Shown here one piece after another: positions 30,477 to 40,597 of a DNA stretch of 64,000 nt. The DNA is from a bacterium. Lineage in GTDB: Bacteria; Krumholzibacteriota; Krumholzibacteriia; LZORAL124-64-63. Where the stretch lies: contig JANOEP010000016.1 of NCBI GenBank assembly GCA_031441465.1, positions 1 to 64,000 on the forward strand, given 5' to 3'. Every line of letters begins with the position of its first letter. Positions within the stretch are counted from its first letter, which is position 1. A model generated the notes under the pieces. The model saw only the letters and a list, made by a program, of their open reading frames with translations. It was not told the DNA's origin and did not search any database. A program made the position numbers and the translations under genes.

Positions 30477-30599
30477 CGAAGCCGTCCCTTCTGTCCGTCC
30501 CGATCGCTTTCCAGCTGCGGACGGGCGAGGATAGGCCGGCGCGCGGCGAAAATCAACGCGAGAGAGGCGGCTCCGGCGCTGCGGCGGTGATCGCCGGGA

Positions 30600-31520
30600 T
30601 CACTGCAGGTAGGCGTTGACCGCCCCGCCGGTGACCGTCAGGGACGAGGGCGCGTTGAGCGGGGGCAGGGTCGCGCTGAAGGAGGCGACCAACCGGTTGG
30701 CTTCGAAGGTCGTGATCGTGACGGTGCCGATGTCCGGTCCGGTGATGGCGGCCCAGGAGTCCGCGGTTCCGGTGCGGATCACCGTCATGTTCATCTGAGA
30801 CGGGATCCCATAGGTGTTGCCCGCGGCGACGGGGAGCTTCGGCGAGATCGAGATCGAGTAGGCGGTGTTGTCGGCCCCCAGGCTGAAGATGCCGGAACCG
30901 GGGATCAGGCCGACGATCGTCGCCGCGTTCCAGGGCGTGCCGCCGAGGCTCGCGATGGCGGTGCTCCCGACCCCGGTGGGCAGAGGCGGCAACCCCGCGT
31001 CGATCGTGATGTCGAAGGCGCCGGCGGTCACCGCCCTGGTCGCCGGCGTGGCGCCGGCAAGGGCGTCGGCGGTGAAGAAGAACGAGCCGGCGATCCGCTG
31101 GTCGGTGCGCGCGGTGAGGGTGACGAAGCCCGCCGCGCCGTTCAGGGGCGTCAACCAGGAGTTCGGCGTCGCCGAGACGGTGGCGGTGCCTCCCGGCGTG
31201 GTGCCGGTGTTGACGCCCAAGGGCTGAGTCGCCGGGCCGATGAAGAACGAGAGGATGAGCGAGAGCGACCGGCCCGACGAAGCCTGGAAGCCGCTGATCA
31301 CGAGCGTGCCCGTGCGGGTGGGCGCGGCGCTGCCCGACACCTGGATCAGGGCGGTGTCGCTGGCCCAAGCCTGGCCGTCGATGGTGGCCGTGAAGGTGTT
31401 GCCGCCCCCGCCGCCCGGATTGACGGGACCGTTGTCGCCGCCGCCACAACCCGCGGCGAGGCCGACCAACAGGAGTAGGAAGGCCAAGCCGGTTTGACGG
31501 CCGGATGTGCGGGCGGGCAT
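30600..31520 (-). CDS. Lipoprotein with two internal beta-rich repeats (DUF6252-like)
   Basis: Lipobox LAAGC; FTATIDGQAW and AIASLGGTPW repeat starts; GGAGG RBS. Confidence 0.75.
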   Translation of the reverse strand: MPARTSGRQTGLAFLLLLVGLAAGCGGGDNGPVNPGGGGGNTFTATIDGQAWASDTALIQVSGSAAPTRTGTLVISGFQASSGRSLSLILSFFIGPATQPLGVNTGTTPGGTATVSATPNSWLTPLNGAAGFVTLTARTDQRIAGSFFFTADALAGATPATRAVTAGAFDITIDAGLPPLPTGVGSTAIASLGGTPWNAATIVGLIPGSGIFSLGADNTAYSISISPKLPVAAGNTYGIPSQMNMTVIRTGTADSWAAITGPDIGTVTITTFEANRLVASFSATLPPLNAPSSLTVTGGAVNAYLQ

Positions 31521-31817
31521 GCGAGACCTCCACGAGTGGGAGAACCGATCCGAATGGCTTTCAGGTTAGGCAAGCTCGCGGCGAAATGCTATGAAAATAG
31601 TCCTATATAGCAACCTGTTGCAGTTCAATTTATTATGAGATAATGACTGAACCACCGGGGCACCTCGCACTGCCCGGCTTCGGTGGTCGGGACGAACCGG
31701 GGATGCGGACCAGAAGAATCCTCATGAGCCGGGCGCCGCGTGCTATGATTTGTCCCAAGATACCGTCGGTCCGACTGCTCGGGCTGTGCATCGTCGGAAC
31801 GCAGCAACAAGAATCCC

Positions 31818-33515
31818 ATGACCATGCATCCAGTCCTCGACTTCGTGATCCTCTATTCCAGCCACCCGCTCTTCAGTTGCGCGGTGCTGCTGGCGTTGTG
31901 GATGATCACGCGGCGCCGTGAGCCGGCCTTCACGGTCGACCCCGACACCTCGTGGCGCAAGGTCCGGCCGATCCTGGCGGCCGCCGCGGCGCTCGTCGTC
32001 GTCGCCTTCCTGGCGACCAGCCTCTGGTACATGCTCCACGACGGCTTCGCCAGCGATGTCGAGGCGATGGTGACCTCGGTGTCGTGGTGGGTGCAGACCG
32101 GCGGTCCGCTGTACCACGCCCCGGACGCCGACCCGCAGTACAGCGCCCTCTACGGCCCGGTCGTCTACCTCGCGACGGGTTTCTGGCTCGATCTTTTAGG
32201 GCCGTCGATCCTCGCCGCCAAGGTGGGCTCCCTGCTGGCGCTCTATTGTTCGGTGCTGCTGCTGTACCTCACGATCCGCCGCCTGGTTTCCAACACGCTG
32301 GCCTTCGGCATGACCGCCGTCGCGCTGCTGCTCTACTGGACCTGCGGGACCTCGTCGATGCTCGTGCGCCCGGATCCCTACATCCTGGCCGCGGTCTGCC
32401 TGGGGATGTACAGCGCCGGTTCGAGCCGGCGCGTGCTGGCCGTCGCCGGCACGGCCCTCGCGGTCGGGCTGGCGGTGAACCTGAAGCTCCACGCCGTGCT
32501 GTACCTGCTGCCGGTGCTGACCCTGCTGGATGAGCGGCACGGGTCCCGCGCCACGCTGGCGACCCTGGGGCTCGGTGTCGCCGTCGTGCTGGCGCCGTTC
32601 GCCCTGCACGACGGCATCTCGCTCTACAACTACCTGTCCTGGATCTTCATCAGCACCCATCACGGGCTGCAGCTGGGCGACTTGCCGCACCTGTTCACCC
32701 GGGCCCTCTTCTTCGCCGTCCCGGTGCTCGTGCCGTTGTCGGCGGGAATCGCGCCGGCCGATCGGCCCTGGATGCGGCGCGAACTCGTCGTCGCGTGGGC
32801 GGTGGGGAACCTGGTGGTGATTCTGCTGGCCACGAAACCCGGGGCCGGTCAGGTCCATCTGCTGCCGCTGATCCCCATCAACATGGTCTTCGCCGCGCGG
32901 CTGTGGCCCGCTGAGGGCATGCGCGGCCTGCTCTTCCCGAACCGGCGCGCCTCCTGGCGGCTGGGCGCCGTCACGGCCTTCATGATCGCCGCGGTCGTCG
33001 CAGGTTCCGTGTCGGGCTACCGCAGCGCCCGGCTGGCCAGTTCGCGCATGATGCACTCCACGGAAATCACCGCCGACATCCGTCGCATCCTCGCCGACCA
33101 CCCCGACCGGGCCATCGGCATGGGGTACAGCGGCGGGAAGAACTACTTCCACCTGGCCAACCTCAGACCCCTGCTCACGTTCGCCGGACATCCCCTGCTG
33201 CTGGACGCCGTGTCGATCATGGACTTCCGCCGCGCCCACCGTGAGTTCCCGGAAGCCACCCTCCACGCCCTCGACACCGGCGTCATCGACCTCTGGCTCG
33301 TGCCGCGCGGACGGCCGCCGTTCCGGCTCGCGAGCTGGTACCCGCCCCACGACGACATCTTCTCCGACGAGATCCGCGCCCGTTTCGCCGCCCATTACCG
33401 GCTGGAGGGCAGCTCGGAGTTCTTCGACCTGTGGGGATGGGACCGGTCCGCGGCCCTGGACGGGGTGCTCGTGCAGGGGGGCGCCGTGGCGCCGGAGATC
33501 ACCGGCACCGAGTGA
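31818..33515 (+). CDS. Polytopic membrane protein, possible GT-C-fold glycosyltransferase
   Basis: About 12 TM helices, YGP and RPD loop motifs, soluble C-terminal domain. Confidence 0.65.
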   Translation: MTMHPVLDFVILYSSHPLFSCAVLLALWMITRRREPAFTVDPDTSWRKVRPILAAAAALVVVAFLATSLWYMLHDGFASDVEAMVTSVSWWVQTGGPLYHAPDADPQYSALYGPVVYLATGFWLDLLGPSILAAKVGSLLALYCSVLLLYLTIRRLVSNTLAFGMTAVALLLYWTCGTSSMLVRPDPYILAAVCLGMYSAGSSRRVLAVAGTALAVGLAVNLKLHAVLYLLPVLTLLDERHGSRATLATLGLGVAVVLAPFALHDGISLYNYLSWIFISTHHGLQLGDLPHLFTRALFFAVPVLVPLSAGIAPADRPWMRRELVVAWAVGNLVVILLATKPGAGQVHLLPLIPINMVFAARLWPAEGMRGLLFPNRRASWRLGAVTAFMIAAVVAGSVSGYRSARLASSRMMHSTEITADIRRILADHPDRAIGMGYSGGKNYFHLANLRPLLTFAGHPLLLDAVSIMDFRRAHREFPEATLHALDTGVIDLWLVPRGRPPFRLASWYPPHDDIFSDEIRARFAAHYRLEGSSEFFDLWGWDRSAALDGVLVQGGAVAPEITGTE

Positions 33516-33534
33516 CCGTCGAGAACAGCCGCCC

Positions 33535-34503
33535 TCACGGCGCCCGGGAGCCGGCCTTGGCGTCGTTCCTGGCGATGAAGCGCGTCATCACGATCCAGGT
33601 GATCCAGCCGATGAGTATCATGCCCACCGTGAACAGCCCGTAGGAGAGCCGCCAGTCGAACCTGCCGGTCATCATGCTCCACTCCGACATGCCGCCGATG
33701 CTGGCGATCAGGTTGAGCGGCAGGAACACGATGTTGATCAGGGTGAGGTTCTTGAGCAGAACGTTCATGTTGTTGTTGACGATCGTGCCGCGGGCGTCCA
33801 TGAGCCCGCTGAGGACCGAGCTGTAGATGTGAGCCTGCCGCGACGCCTGCTTGTTTTCAAGGACGATGTCGTCCAGCAGTTCGATGTGCGACTCGGACAT
33901 GCCCAGCCGGATGGCCGCGTTGCGGAGCTTGGTGAGGACGGCGCCATTGCCCTCGATGGCGTCGCTGTAGTAGACGAGGCTCTCTCCCAGGGCGAACATC
34001 TGGAGAAGATAACGATTCTCCATCGATACGGTGATCTTGCGCTCCAGGTCGCTGCTGATCTGCTTGATGACCCGTAGATGCTCGACGTAGTGGTGGATGG
34101 TGCGCAGCAGCGCTCCCAGCAGGACGTCGGCGGGGGTGTGGGCATTGCGGAACTCCCTGGCGGCGAACTGCATCATGCCGTCGCTCATCACGAACGCCAC
34201 CCGGTTCCCCGTCAGGATGATACCGACCGAGTACACGCCCAGCTGGCTGGGGTCCTGGCCCTGGGCGTTTTTAGGCGCCTTCCACACGATGAAGGTGTTG
34301 TTGCCGTCGATCTCGAGGCGCGCAACCTCCTCGGTGTCGAGCGCCGAGTCCAGGTCGTAGGGGTCCAGGTCGTATTCCTGAAGAATCTGCGCCTTTTCGC
34401 GCTCGTCCGGCGCCGTGAAGACGTGGAGGTTGGCGTCGTCCCCGGAGGACTCGAGGATCCCCCGCGCTTGATCGATGACATAGCGAGTGTGCATCTTCTC
34501 CAT
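33535..34503 (-). CDS. corA: CorA-family magnesium transporter
   Basis: NNNMNVLLKNLTLINIVFLPLNLIASIGGMSE (GMS variant of GMN), two C-terminal TMs. Confidence 0.85.
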   Translation of the reverse strand: MEKMHTRYVIDQARGILESSGDDANLHVFTAPDEREKAQILQEYDLDPYDLDSALDTEEVARLEIDGNNTFIVWKAPKNAQGQDPSQLGVYSVGIILTGNRVAFVMSDGMMQFAAREFRNAHTPADVLLGALLRTIHHYVEHLRVIKQISSDLERKITVSMENRYLLQMFALGESLVYYSDAIEGNGAVLTKLRNAAIRLGMSESHIELLDDIVLENKQASRQAHIYSSVLSGLMDARGTIVNNNMNVLLKNLTLINIVFLPLNLIASIGGMSEWSMMTGRFDWRLSYGLFTVGMILIGWITWIVMTRFIARNDAKAGSRAP

Positions 34504-34677
34504 CCTCCCGGTGGCGGGTGGTCCGGACGACCGACGGCCGGCGACGGCGCGGACTTCAGGGCGGAAGGATAGGCCCGCCGGCGGGGAATCACAACGACGG
34601 AGGCGTCCCGGCCGTCGCGGCGCGGATGGTGGACTCCACGCCTTCGACCGGGCCGCGGCGAACGGACACCCGGCGGC

Positions 34678-34977
34678 CTAAGGCTTCTCCATCTCGCGGC
34701 GGTAGGCGTCCCTGGCTTCGGAGACCGCTCCGCGGGCCGCATCGACCCGCCGGCGGACCGCGCCGTTCACGTCCTGCCCCTTCTCCCGAACATCGTCCTC
34801 CAGCGAGGCCGCGGCCTGATTCACCGCGTCCCGTCCCCGCCGGAGTCCGCTGCTGCCGCCCTCGCGCAGCCGCCGCCGCGTGTTCTCTCCCTTGTCCGGC
34901 GCCAGCAGCAACGCGGTGATGCCGCCCACCGCGGCGCCCAGCACGAACGCCAGCAGCGTATTGGTATTGCGTGACAT
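34678..34977 (-). CDS. YtxH-domain protein
   Basis: FVLGAAVGGITALLLAPDKGENTRRRL. Confidence 0.88.
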   Translation of the reverse strand: MSRNTNTLLAFVLGAAVGGITALLLAPDKGENTRRRLREGGSSGLRRGRDAVNQAAASLEDDVREKGQDVNGAVRRRVDAARGAVSEARDAYRREMEKP

Positions 34978-34978
34978 G

Positions 34979-35416
34979 TCAGCCTCGACTTTCTTCGTCG
35001 TACTCGATTTCGGACCGTGACTCTACGTCCGGCTCGCGCCCGCGATCGCGCCAGGCGAGCAGGCCGGTCTTGACCGCGACCGCGACCGCCCGCGCCTGGC
35101 TGACCAGTCGGGTGAGGTCGGACACCTCGGTGATGATGGGCTGGACGGCGACCCGCAGCCCCGTGGTCACGCTCTCGGCGTGGCCGGCGATGCGGTTCAT
35201 CTTCTCGCTGATGCCGCGCAATTCGACGAGTTCCGTTTCCAGGCCGTCCAGGATGCGGTCGATCTTCGGGCGGCTCGTCTCCAGGAACTGCGCGGTGCCG
35301 TCCAGCCGCTCGATGAGCGGACGCAGGCGGATCAGGGTGCGGATCAGGAACACCGCGGACGTCACCACGGCGGCGACGACGACGGTTGTCATGAAATACA
35401 GGAACGTGTGGTTCAT
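34979..35416 (-). CDS. DUF948/YoxC-like membrane-anchored coiled-coil protein
   Basis: N-terminal TM plus coiled coil; adjacent to YtxH gene. Confidence 0.7.
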   Translation of the reverse strand: MNHTFLYFMTTVVVAAVVTSAVFLIRTLIRLRPLIERLDGTAQFLETSRPKIDRILDGLETELVELRGISEKMNRIAGHAESVTTGLRVAVQPIITEVSDLTRLVSQARAVAVAVKTGLLAWRDRGREPDVESRSEIEYDEESRG

Positions 35417-35468
35417 CTGCGCCTCCCCGGCCGAATGTCCGGCTCCGGTCCACCATCACCGTACGCGT

Positions 35469-35972
35469 CTACTTGCTGCCGCGCACCACCATCAGGTCGA
35501 GATCCTCCCGCAGGCTCTGCAGGTCCTCCTCGTGCTCGATCTCCTGCTCGAGGATCGCCAGCGCCAGGTTGTACGTCACCATGTCCTTGTCCTTGGTGGC
35601 GTCCATCAGGGCCTTGTACGTGGTGATCGCGCACTGCTCGCCCGCGATGTTCTGGTCGAGCAGGACGGCCACGTAGGGGTCCTCCGGCGCGTCGTACTTG
35701 CAGGGGCTCAGCTTGGCCCAGCCCTCGGGCGTGAGCACCGGCGTGCCGCCGAGCTGGATGATGCGGCCGGACAGCATGATGGCGTGGTTCAGCTCCTCGG
35801 TGGCGTGCAGGTTGAGTTCCGCCGCCACGGCGTCCTTCATCGGCCCCTTGATGAGCTTCGCGCCGAGCCAGTACTGGTAGTAGGCCAGCCACTCGCTCGC
35901 GTAGGCCCGGTTCAGCAGGTCCAGGAGATGATCGACGTCCATGCCGATGATCTCGCGTCCGCGTGTTCCCAT
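35469..35972 (-). CDS. DPS-like (DPSL) ferritin-superfamily protein
   Basis: EWLAYYQYW, EELNHA, GEQCAI, EIEHEEDL. Confidence 0.9.
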   Translation of the reverse strand: MGTRGREIIGMDVDHLLDLLNRAYASEWLAYYQYWLGAKLIKGPMKDAVAAELNLHATEELNHAIMLSGRIIQLGGTPVLTPEGWAKLSPCKYDAPEDPYVAVLLDQNIAGEQCAITTYKALMDATKDKDMVTYNLALAILEQEIEHEEDLQSLREDLDLMVVRGSK

Positions 35973-36025
35973 GTTCGCCTCCCTGGTCGGCGGTCGTCCG
36001 CCGTTCGTGTTGCCCGAAGCCGGGG

Positions 36026-37489
36026 TCACCCGTTATCCGGTACCTCGTTCATCGGAATGCCCAGCGCCGCGGCCACGCCCTCGCCGTAGGCCGGGTCGGC
36101 CCGCCGGCAGTTGCCGACGTGGCGGAGCTTGATCTCCCGCGGCGCGTCGCCCATGGCCCGGGCGGTGTTCTCGAAGAGCACCCGCTGCTGCGCGGCGCTC
36201 ATCAGCCGGAAGAGCAGACCCGGTTGCGAGTAGTAGTCGTCGTCCTCGCGGTGGTTCCAGTGGTCGGCGGCTCCATCGAGGCTAAGCGGCGGCTCGGCGA
36301 AGTCCGGCTGCTGCTGCCACTCGCCGTAGCTGTTGGGCTCGTAGCCGAGCGTGCCGCCGTGGTTGCCGTCGACCCGCATGGCGCCGTCGCGGTGGTAGCT
36401 GTGGAAGGGGCAGCGCGACGCGTTCACCGGGATCAGGTGGTGGTTGACGCCGAGGCGGTAGCGCTGGGCGTCGCCGTAGGAGAACAACCGTCCCTGCAGC
36501 ATCTTGTCCGGCGAGAAGCCGATGCCGGGCACGATGTTGGCGGGGTTGAAGGCCGCCTGCTCCACCTCGGCGAAGTAGTTCTCGGGGTTGCGGTTCAGCT
36601 CCAGGACGCCCACCTCGTGCAGCGGGTAGTCCTTCTTGAACCACACCTTCGTCAGGTCGAACGGGTTGTAGGGGCACGTTGCGGCGCCCTGCTCGGGCAT
36701 CAGCTGGACGAACAGCTTCCAGCGGGGGAAGTCGCCCTTCTCGATGCTCTCGTACAGGTCGCGCTGGTTGCTCTCGCGGCACATGCCGACGATCGCCTCG
36801 GCCTCGGCGTCGGTCAGGTTCTTGACGCCCTGCTGGCTCACCAGGTGGAACTTGACCCAGGTCCGCTCGTTCGCCGTGTTGAGGAAGCTGAAGGTGTGGC
36901 TGCCGAAGCCGTGCATGTGGCGGTAGGAGTAGGGGATGCCGCGGTCGCTCATGGTGATGGTGACCTGGTGCAGCGCCTCGGGCAGCGAGGTCCAGAAGTC
37001 CCAGTTGTTGCGGGCGCTGCGCAGGTTGGTGCGCGGGTCGCGCTTCACCGCGTGGTTGAGGTCCGGGAACTTCATGGGGTCGCGCAGGAAGAACACCGGC
37101 GTGTTGTTGCCGACGAGGTCCCAGTTGCCCTCCTCGGTGTAGAACTTGATCGCGAAACCGCGGATGTCGCGCTCGGCGTCGGCCGCACCGCGTTCGCCGG
37201 CCACCGTCGAGAAGCGCACGAAGAGGTCGGTCTTCTTGCCGACGGCCGAGAAGAGCTTCGCCTTGGTGTGTTGGCTGATGTCGTGGGTGACCGTGAAGGC
37301 GCCGAAGGCCCCCGAACCCTTGGCGTGCATGCGGCGCTCGGGGATCACTTCGCGGTCGAAGTGGGCGAGCTTCTCCAGGTACCACACGTCCTGCAGCAGC
37401 GCCGGTCCGTGCGGCCCCGCGGTCATGATGTTCTGGTTGTCGACGACGGGAGCGCCGGCGTTGGTGGTCAATTTGTTCTTCTTCGTCAT
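36026..37489 (-). CDS. katA: Monofunctional heme catalase
   Basis: [40 protein letters not shown]. Confidence 0.96.
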   Translation of the reverse strand: MTKKNKLTTNAGAPVVDNQNIMTAGPHGPALLQDVWYLEKLAHFDREVIPERRMHAKGSGAFGAFTVTHDISQHTKAKLFSAVGKKTDLFVRFSTVAGERGAADAERDIRGFAIKFYTEEGNWDLVGNNTPVFFLRDPMKFPDLNHAVKRDPRTNLRSARNNWDFWTSLPEALHQVTITMSDRGIPYSYRHMHGFGSHTFSFLNTANERTWVKFHLVSQQGVKNLTDAEAEAIVGMCRESNQRDLYESIEKGDFPRWKLFVQLMPEQGAATCPYNPFDLTKVWFKKDYPLHEVGVLELNRNPENYFAEVEQAAFNPANIVPGIGFSPDKMLQGRLFSYGDAQRYRLGVNHHLIPVNASRCPFHSYHRDGAMRVDGNHGGTLGYEPNSYGEWQQQPDFAEPPLSLDGAADHWNHREDDDYYSQPGLLFRLMSAAQQRVLFENTARAMGDAPREIKLRHVGNCRRADPAYGEGVAAALGIPMNEVPDNG

Positions 37490-37989
37490 GTCTCTCTCCT
37501 TGCTTCCTGTCCCGGCGGGGGGGTGACGGCGGGCTGCGCCGCGGCGGTGCTCGCGGCGCAATGTTCGCAGACGCCGCGCACCTCGACGCGCGCGGCGACG
37601 ATGCTGCCGAAGGCCGCCACGGGATCGGGGATGCGCAGCGCATCCAGTTCGGCGCTCGTGAAGTCCCGCGCCAAGCCGCAGCGCAGGCAAACGTAATGGT
37701 GGTGGCGATCGAGGTTGGCGTCGAAGCGAACGCTTTCGCGGCGCGGCCCGAGCGTGGTGACCAACCCGAGGTCGTTGAGCAGCCACAGCGTCCGGTACAC
37801 GGTGTCGAGCGACACCGTCGGCATCCGGGACTGGACGGCGCGGAACACGGTCTCGGCGTCCGGGTGCTCCTCGCTCGCGGCGACCTCCCGGAAGATCTCC
37901 AGGCGCTGGTGCGTCAGCTTGACGCCCGCCGCCCTGGCGAGCGTCTGGAATCTTTCCAGCCGGCGTGTGATTTCGGCGTCATCGATCAT
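37486..37989 (-). CDS. perR: Fur-family peroxide sensor PerR
   Basis: [31 protein letters not shown]; coupled to catalase. Confidence 0.82.
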   Translation of the reverse strand: MIDDAEITRRLERFQTLARAAGVKLTHQRLEIFREVAASEEHPDAETVFRAVQSRMPTVSLDTVYRTLWLLNDLGLVTTLGPRRESVRFDANLDRHHHYVCLRCGLARDFTSAELDALRIPDPVAAFGSIVAARVEVRGVCEHCAASTAAAQPAVTPPPGQEARRET

Positions 37990-37992
37990 GTC

Positions 37993-38056
37993 AGATAATT
38001 CCTATCTGCAAATAAACATCAAGTAGGAATATATCTGCATATATGATAGACGTCAA
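37993..38056 (-). promoter_or_regulatory. Sigma70 promoter and putative PerR operators of the perR-kat operon
   Basis: TTGACG (38056-38051)-17bp-TATATT (38033-38028); AGATAATTCCTATCT inverted repeat at 37993-38007; related AAGTAGGAATATATCT at 38021-38036. Confidence 0.65.
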
Positions 38057-38158
38057 GCACCGGATGATTGGGCGCCTCCACCTTGACCCGACCGGCCTCG
38101 GTTGTGATTATATTGAGAAGCGGTTGTCAGCCATGCCGTATCCCGACGAGAGGCAGCC

Positions 38159-38845
38159 ATGCACGGCGAAAAGCACCGCACCGACCGGATCGGCTGGTTG
38201 CGCGCCGCCGTCCTGGGCGCCAACGACGGCCTCATTTCCACGAGCAGTCTGGTGGTGGGGGTGGCCGCGGCCGCACCGGAACGAGCGGCCATCCTGGTCG
38301 CGGCCGTCGCGGGCCTCGCCGCCGGCACCCTCTCGATGGCGGCCGGCGAGTACGTCTCGGTCAGTTCCCAGGCGGACACCGAACGGGCGGATCTCGCCCG
38401 TGAGCACGGTGAACTCGTCGATTCGCCGGAGGCCGAGCGGGAAGAGCTGGCCGGGATCTATGTCGGCCGCGGCCTCAGCCCGGATCTCGCGCTGCAGGTC
38501 GCGGACCAGCTTACGGCCCACGACGCGCTCGGCGCCCACGCCCGGGACGAACTCGGCATCCACGAGGCGACCAGGGCGCGGCCGTTCCAGGCGGCCGTCG
38601 CCTCCGCCGCCGCCTTCGCGGCGGGGGCGGCTCCCCCGGCGCTGCTGGCCGCGGTCGTCCCGGTCGAATTCCTCACGCCGGGCGTGGTGGCCGTGACCCT
38701 GGCCCTCTTGCTCGTGCTCGGGGCCGTGGCGGCTCGCCTCGGCGGCGCCGCGATCGTCCGCGGGGCCCTGCGGGTCGCATTCTGGGGTGCGGTGGCCATG
38801 GCGTGCACGGCCGCGGTCGGGAGGCTGTTCGGTGCGGTCGTTTAG
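38159..38845 (+). CDS. VIT1/CCC1 family iron/manganese transporter
   Basis: WLRAAVLGANDG, SMAAGEYVSVSSQ, HARDELG. Confidence 0.93.
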   Translation: MHGEKHRTDRIGWLRAAVLGANDGLISTSSLVVGVAAAAPERAAILVAAVAGLAAGTLSMAAGEYVSVSSQADTERADLAREHGELVDSPEAEREELAGIYVGRGLSPDLALQVADQLTAHDALGAHARDELGIHEATRARPFQAAVASAAAFAAGAAPPALLAAVVPVEFLTPGVVAVTLALLLVLGAVAARLGGAAIVRGALRVAFWGAVAMACTAAVGRLFGAVV

Positions 38846-38874
38846 CTGAATCTATCGAACAGGGGGGGGATTCC

Positions 38875-39255
38875 ATGGCTACCAAGATCAAAATCGTCAC
38901 GACTGGAGATTTTCTGGAGATCACCCCGGAGGGGGTCATCGACATGACCACGAGCCGGCAGCTGCTCGTGGACATCGCCAAGGCGGACCGCCACCCGGTG
39001 GACTTCGATCTGCTGATCGATTTCCGGGACACGCAGTGGCGCATGTCGATGTTCGACCTGTACCAGCTCGCGTCGGAGCTGTTCAAGCACGGCGACACCT
39101 TCCGCCGGAAGGTAGCGCTGCTCGTGCACGAGGGCGAAACGTTCGATTCCGCGGCGTTTCTCGAGACGTGCTCGCACAACCGCGGCTTTTCCGTCGACGC
39201 GTTCACGGATTTCGAAAGCGCCATGCGATGGTTCCTGATTCCGGAAGACATCTAG
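38875..39255 (+). CDS. Hypothetical protein (SpoIIAA/STAS-SEC14-like)
   Basis: LLIDFR, KVALLV, FTDFESAMRW pattern; host-like codon usage. Confidence 0.65.
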   Translation: MATKIKIVTTGDFLEITPEGVIDMTTSRQLLVDIAKADRHPVDFDLLIDFRDTQWRMSMFDLYQLASELFKHGDTFRRKVALLVHEGETFDSAAFLETCSHNRGFSVDAFTDFESAMRWFLIPEDI

Positions 39256-39343
39256 GACGCCGTCGGCCCGCCGTGGCTCTTTCCGACGTTCATGAATATC
39301 GTTGGTGGTCTGGTCGTCGCGCAAATCGATTCGAGGATGGAAC

Positions 39344-39883
39344 ATGGCGCGGAACATCGAAATCAAAGCCCGCCTCGAGAGCGTCTCGGCGCTGCTGCCG
39401 CGCGTCGCCGCGATGGCGACCGGCGGCCCGGTGGACATCGACCAGGACGACACGTTCTTCGACTGCGGCAACGGCCGGCTGAAGCTGCGCGCGTTCTCGG
39501 CCGACAGCGGCGAACTCATCTTCTACCGGCGTGTGGATCAGCAGGGTCCGAAGGAATCGTTCTACCTGATCTCGCCGACGTCCGCGCCGGGCGATCTGCG
39601 GCGATTGTTGGCGCTGGCGTACGGCGAGGCCGGCAGGGTCCGGAAGAGCCGCACGGTTTTCCTGGTCGGCCGCACGCGCGTGCACCTGGACCGCGTCAGG
39701 GGTCTCGGGGACTTCCTGGAGCTGGAAGTCGTCCTGCGCGACGACGAGGACGCCGCGGCCGGGATCAACGAGGCGCGCGCGCTGATGGACCTCCTGGGCG
39801 TCCATCCGGCGCAGCTGGTCGAGGGCGCCTACGTCGATCTCATCGCCGAGCGGCACGCCTGCGAGTTCGACGGAGGAGGATGA
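39344..39883 (+). CDS. CYTH-domain protein (class IV adenylate cyclase family)
   Basis: NIEIKAR, QDDTFF, LKLR, VRKSR, DFLELEV. Confidence 0.9.
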   Translation: MARNIEIKARLESVSALLPRVAAMATGGPVDIDQDDTFFDCGNGRLKLRAFSADSGELIFYRRVDQQGPKESFYLISPTSAPGDLRRLLALAYGEAGRVRKSRTVFLVGRTRVHLDRVRGLGDFLELEVVLRDDEDAAAGINEARALMDLLGVHPAQLVEGAYVDLIAERHACEFDGGG

Positions 39884-39884
39884 C

Positions 39885-40583
39885 GTGATCGAGATCATCA
39901 CCGCCGACCGGCGCCATTTCTCCGACGCCGGCTGGCTGAAATCCTACTGGCTCTTCTCGTTCTCCGACTACCACGACCCGCGGAACGTGCGCTTCGGGAC
40001 GCTGCGCGTGTTCAACGACGACGTCATCGAGCCCGGCACGGGATTCCCGATGCACCCCCACCGGAACATGGAGATCGTGACGGTGGTGCTCGCGGGCGAG
40101 ATGACCCACCAGGACAGCCTGGGGAACCGGACCGTGATCCGGGCGGGCGACGTGCAGCGCATGTCCGCTGGGGCGGGGCTGACCCACTCCGAATTCAACC
40201 TGTCCGCGGAACCCGTCCACATCCATCAGATCTGGATCTTCCCGGAGCGCAAGGGCCTGACGCCGTCGTACGATCAGAAGACCCCCGCGGCCGCGGACCG
40301 GCTGAACCGCCTGCAACCCGTCGCCGCGGGCCGGGACACCCCGGGAGCCGTCACCCTGCACACCGACGCCACCATCTTCCTGTGCACCCTGGAGACCGGC
40401 AGGACGGTCGCGCACGAGGCCGCCGCGACGCGGCTGACCTTCATCTATGTGACGGCGGGCCGTCTCGCTGTCGACGGCCGGGAACTGGCGACGGGGGACC
40501 AGGCCCGCCTCGATCTTGCGGGAACGCTGCGGTGCGAAGCCCGGGAGCGCTGCGAGTTCGTGCTGATCGACGTGCCCTCGTGA
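39885..40583 (+). CDS. Pirin family protein
   Basis: FSFSDY, LRVFNDD, HPHRNMEIVT, HSEFN, QIWIFP. Confidence 0.93.
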   Translation: MIEIITADRRHFSDAGWLKSYWLFSFSDYHDPRNVRFGTLRVFNDDVIEPGTGFPMHPHRNMEIVTVVLAGEMTHQDSLGNRTVIRAGDVQRMSAGAGLTHSEFNLSAEPVHIHQIWIFPERKGLTPSYDQKTPAAADRLNRLQPVAAGRDTPGAVTLHTDATIFLCTLETGRTVAHEAAATRLTFIYVTAGRLAVDGRELATGDQARLDLAGTLRCEARERCEFVLIDVPS

Positions 40584-40597
40584 TGGAAGTGGGGCGC

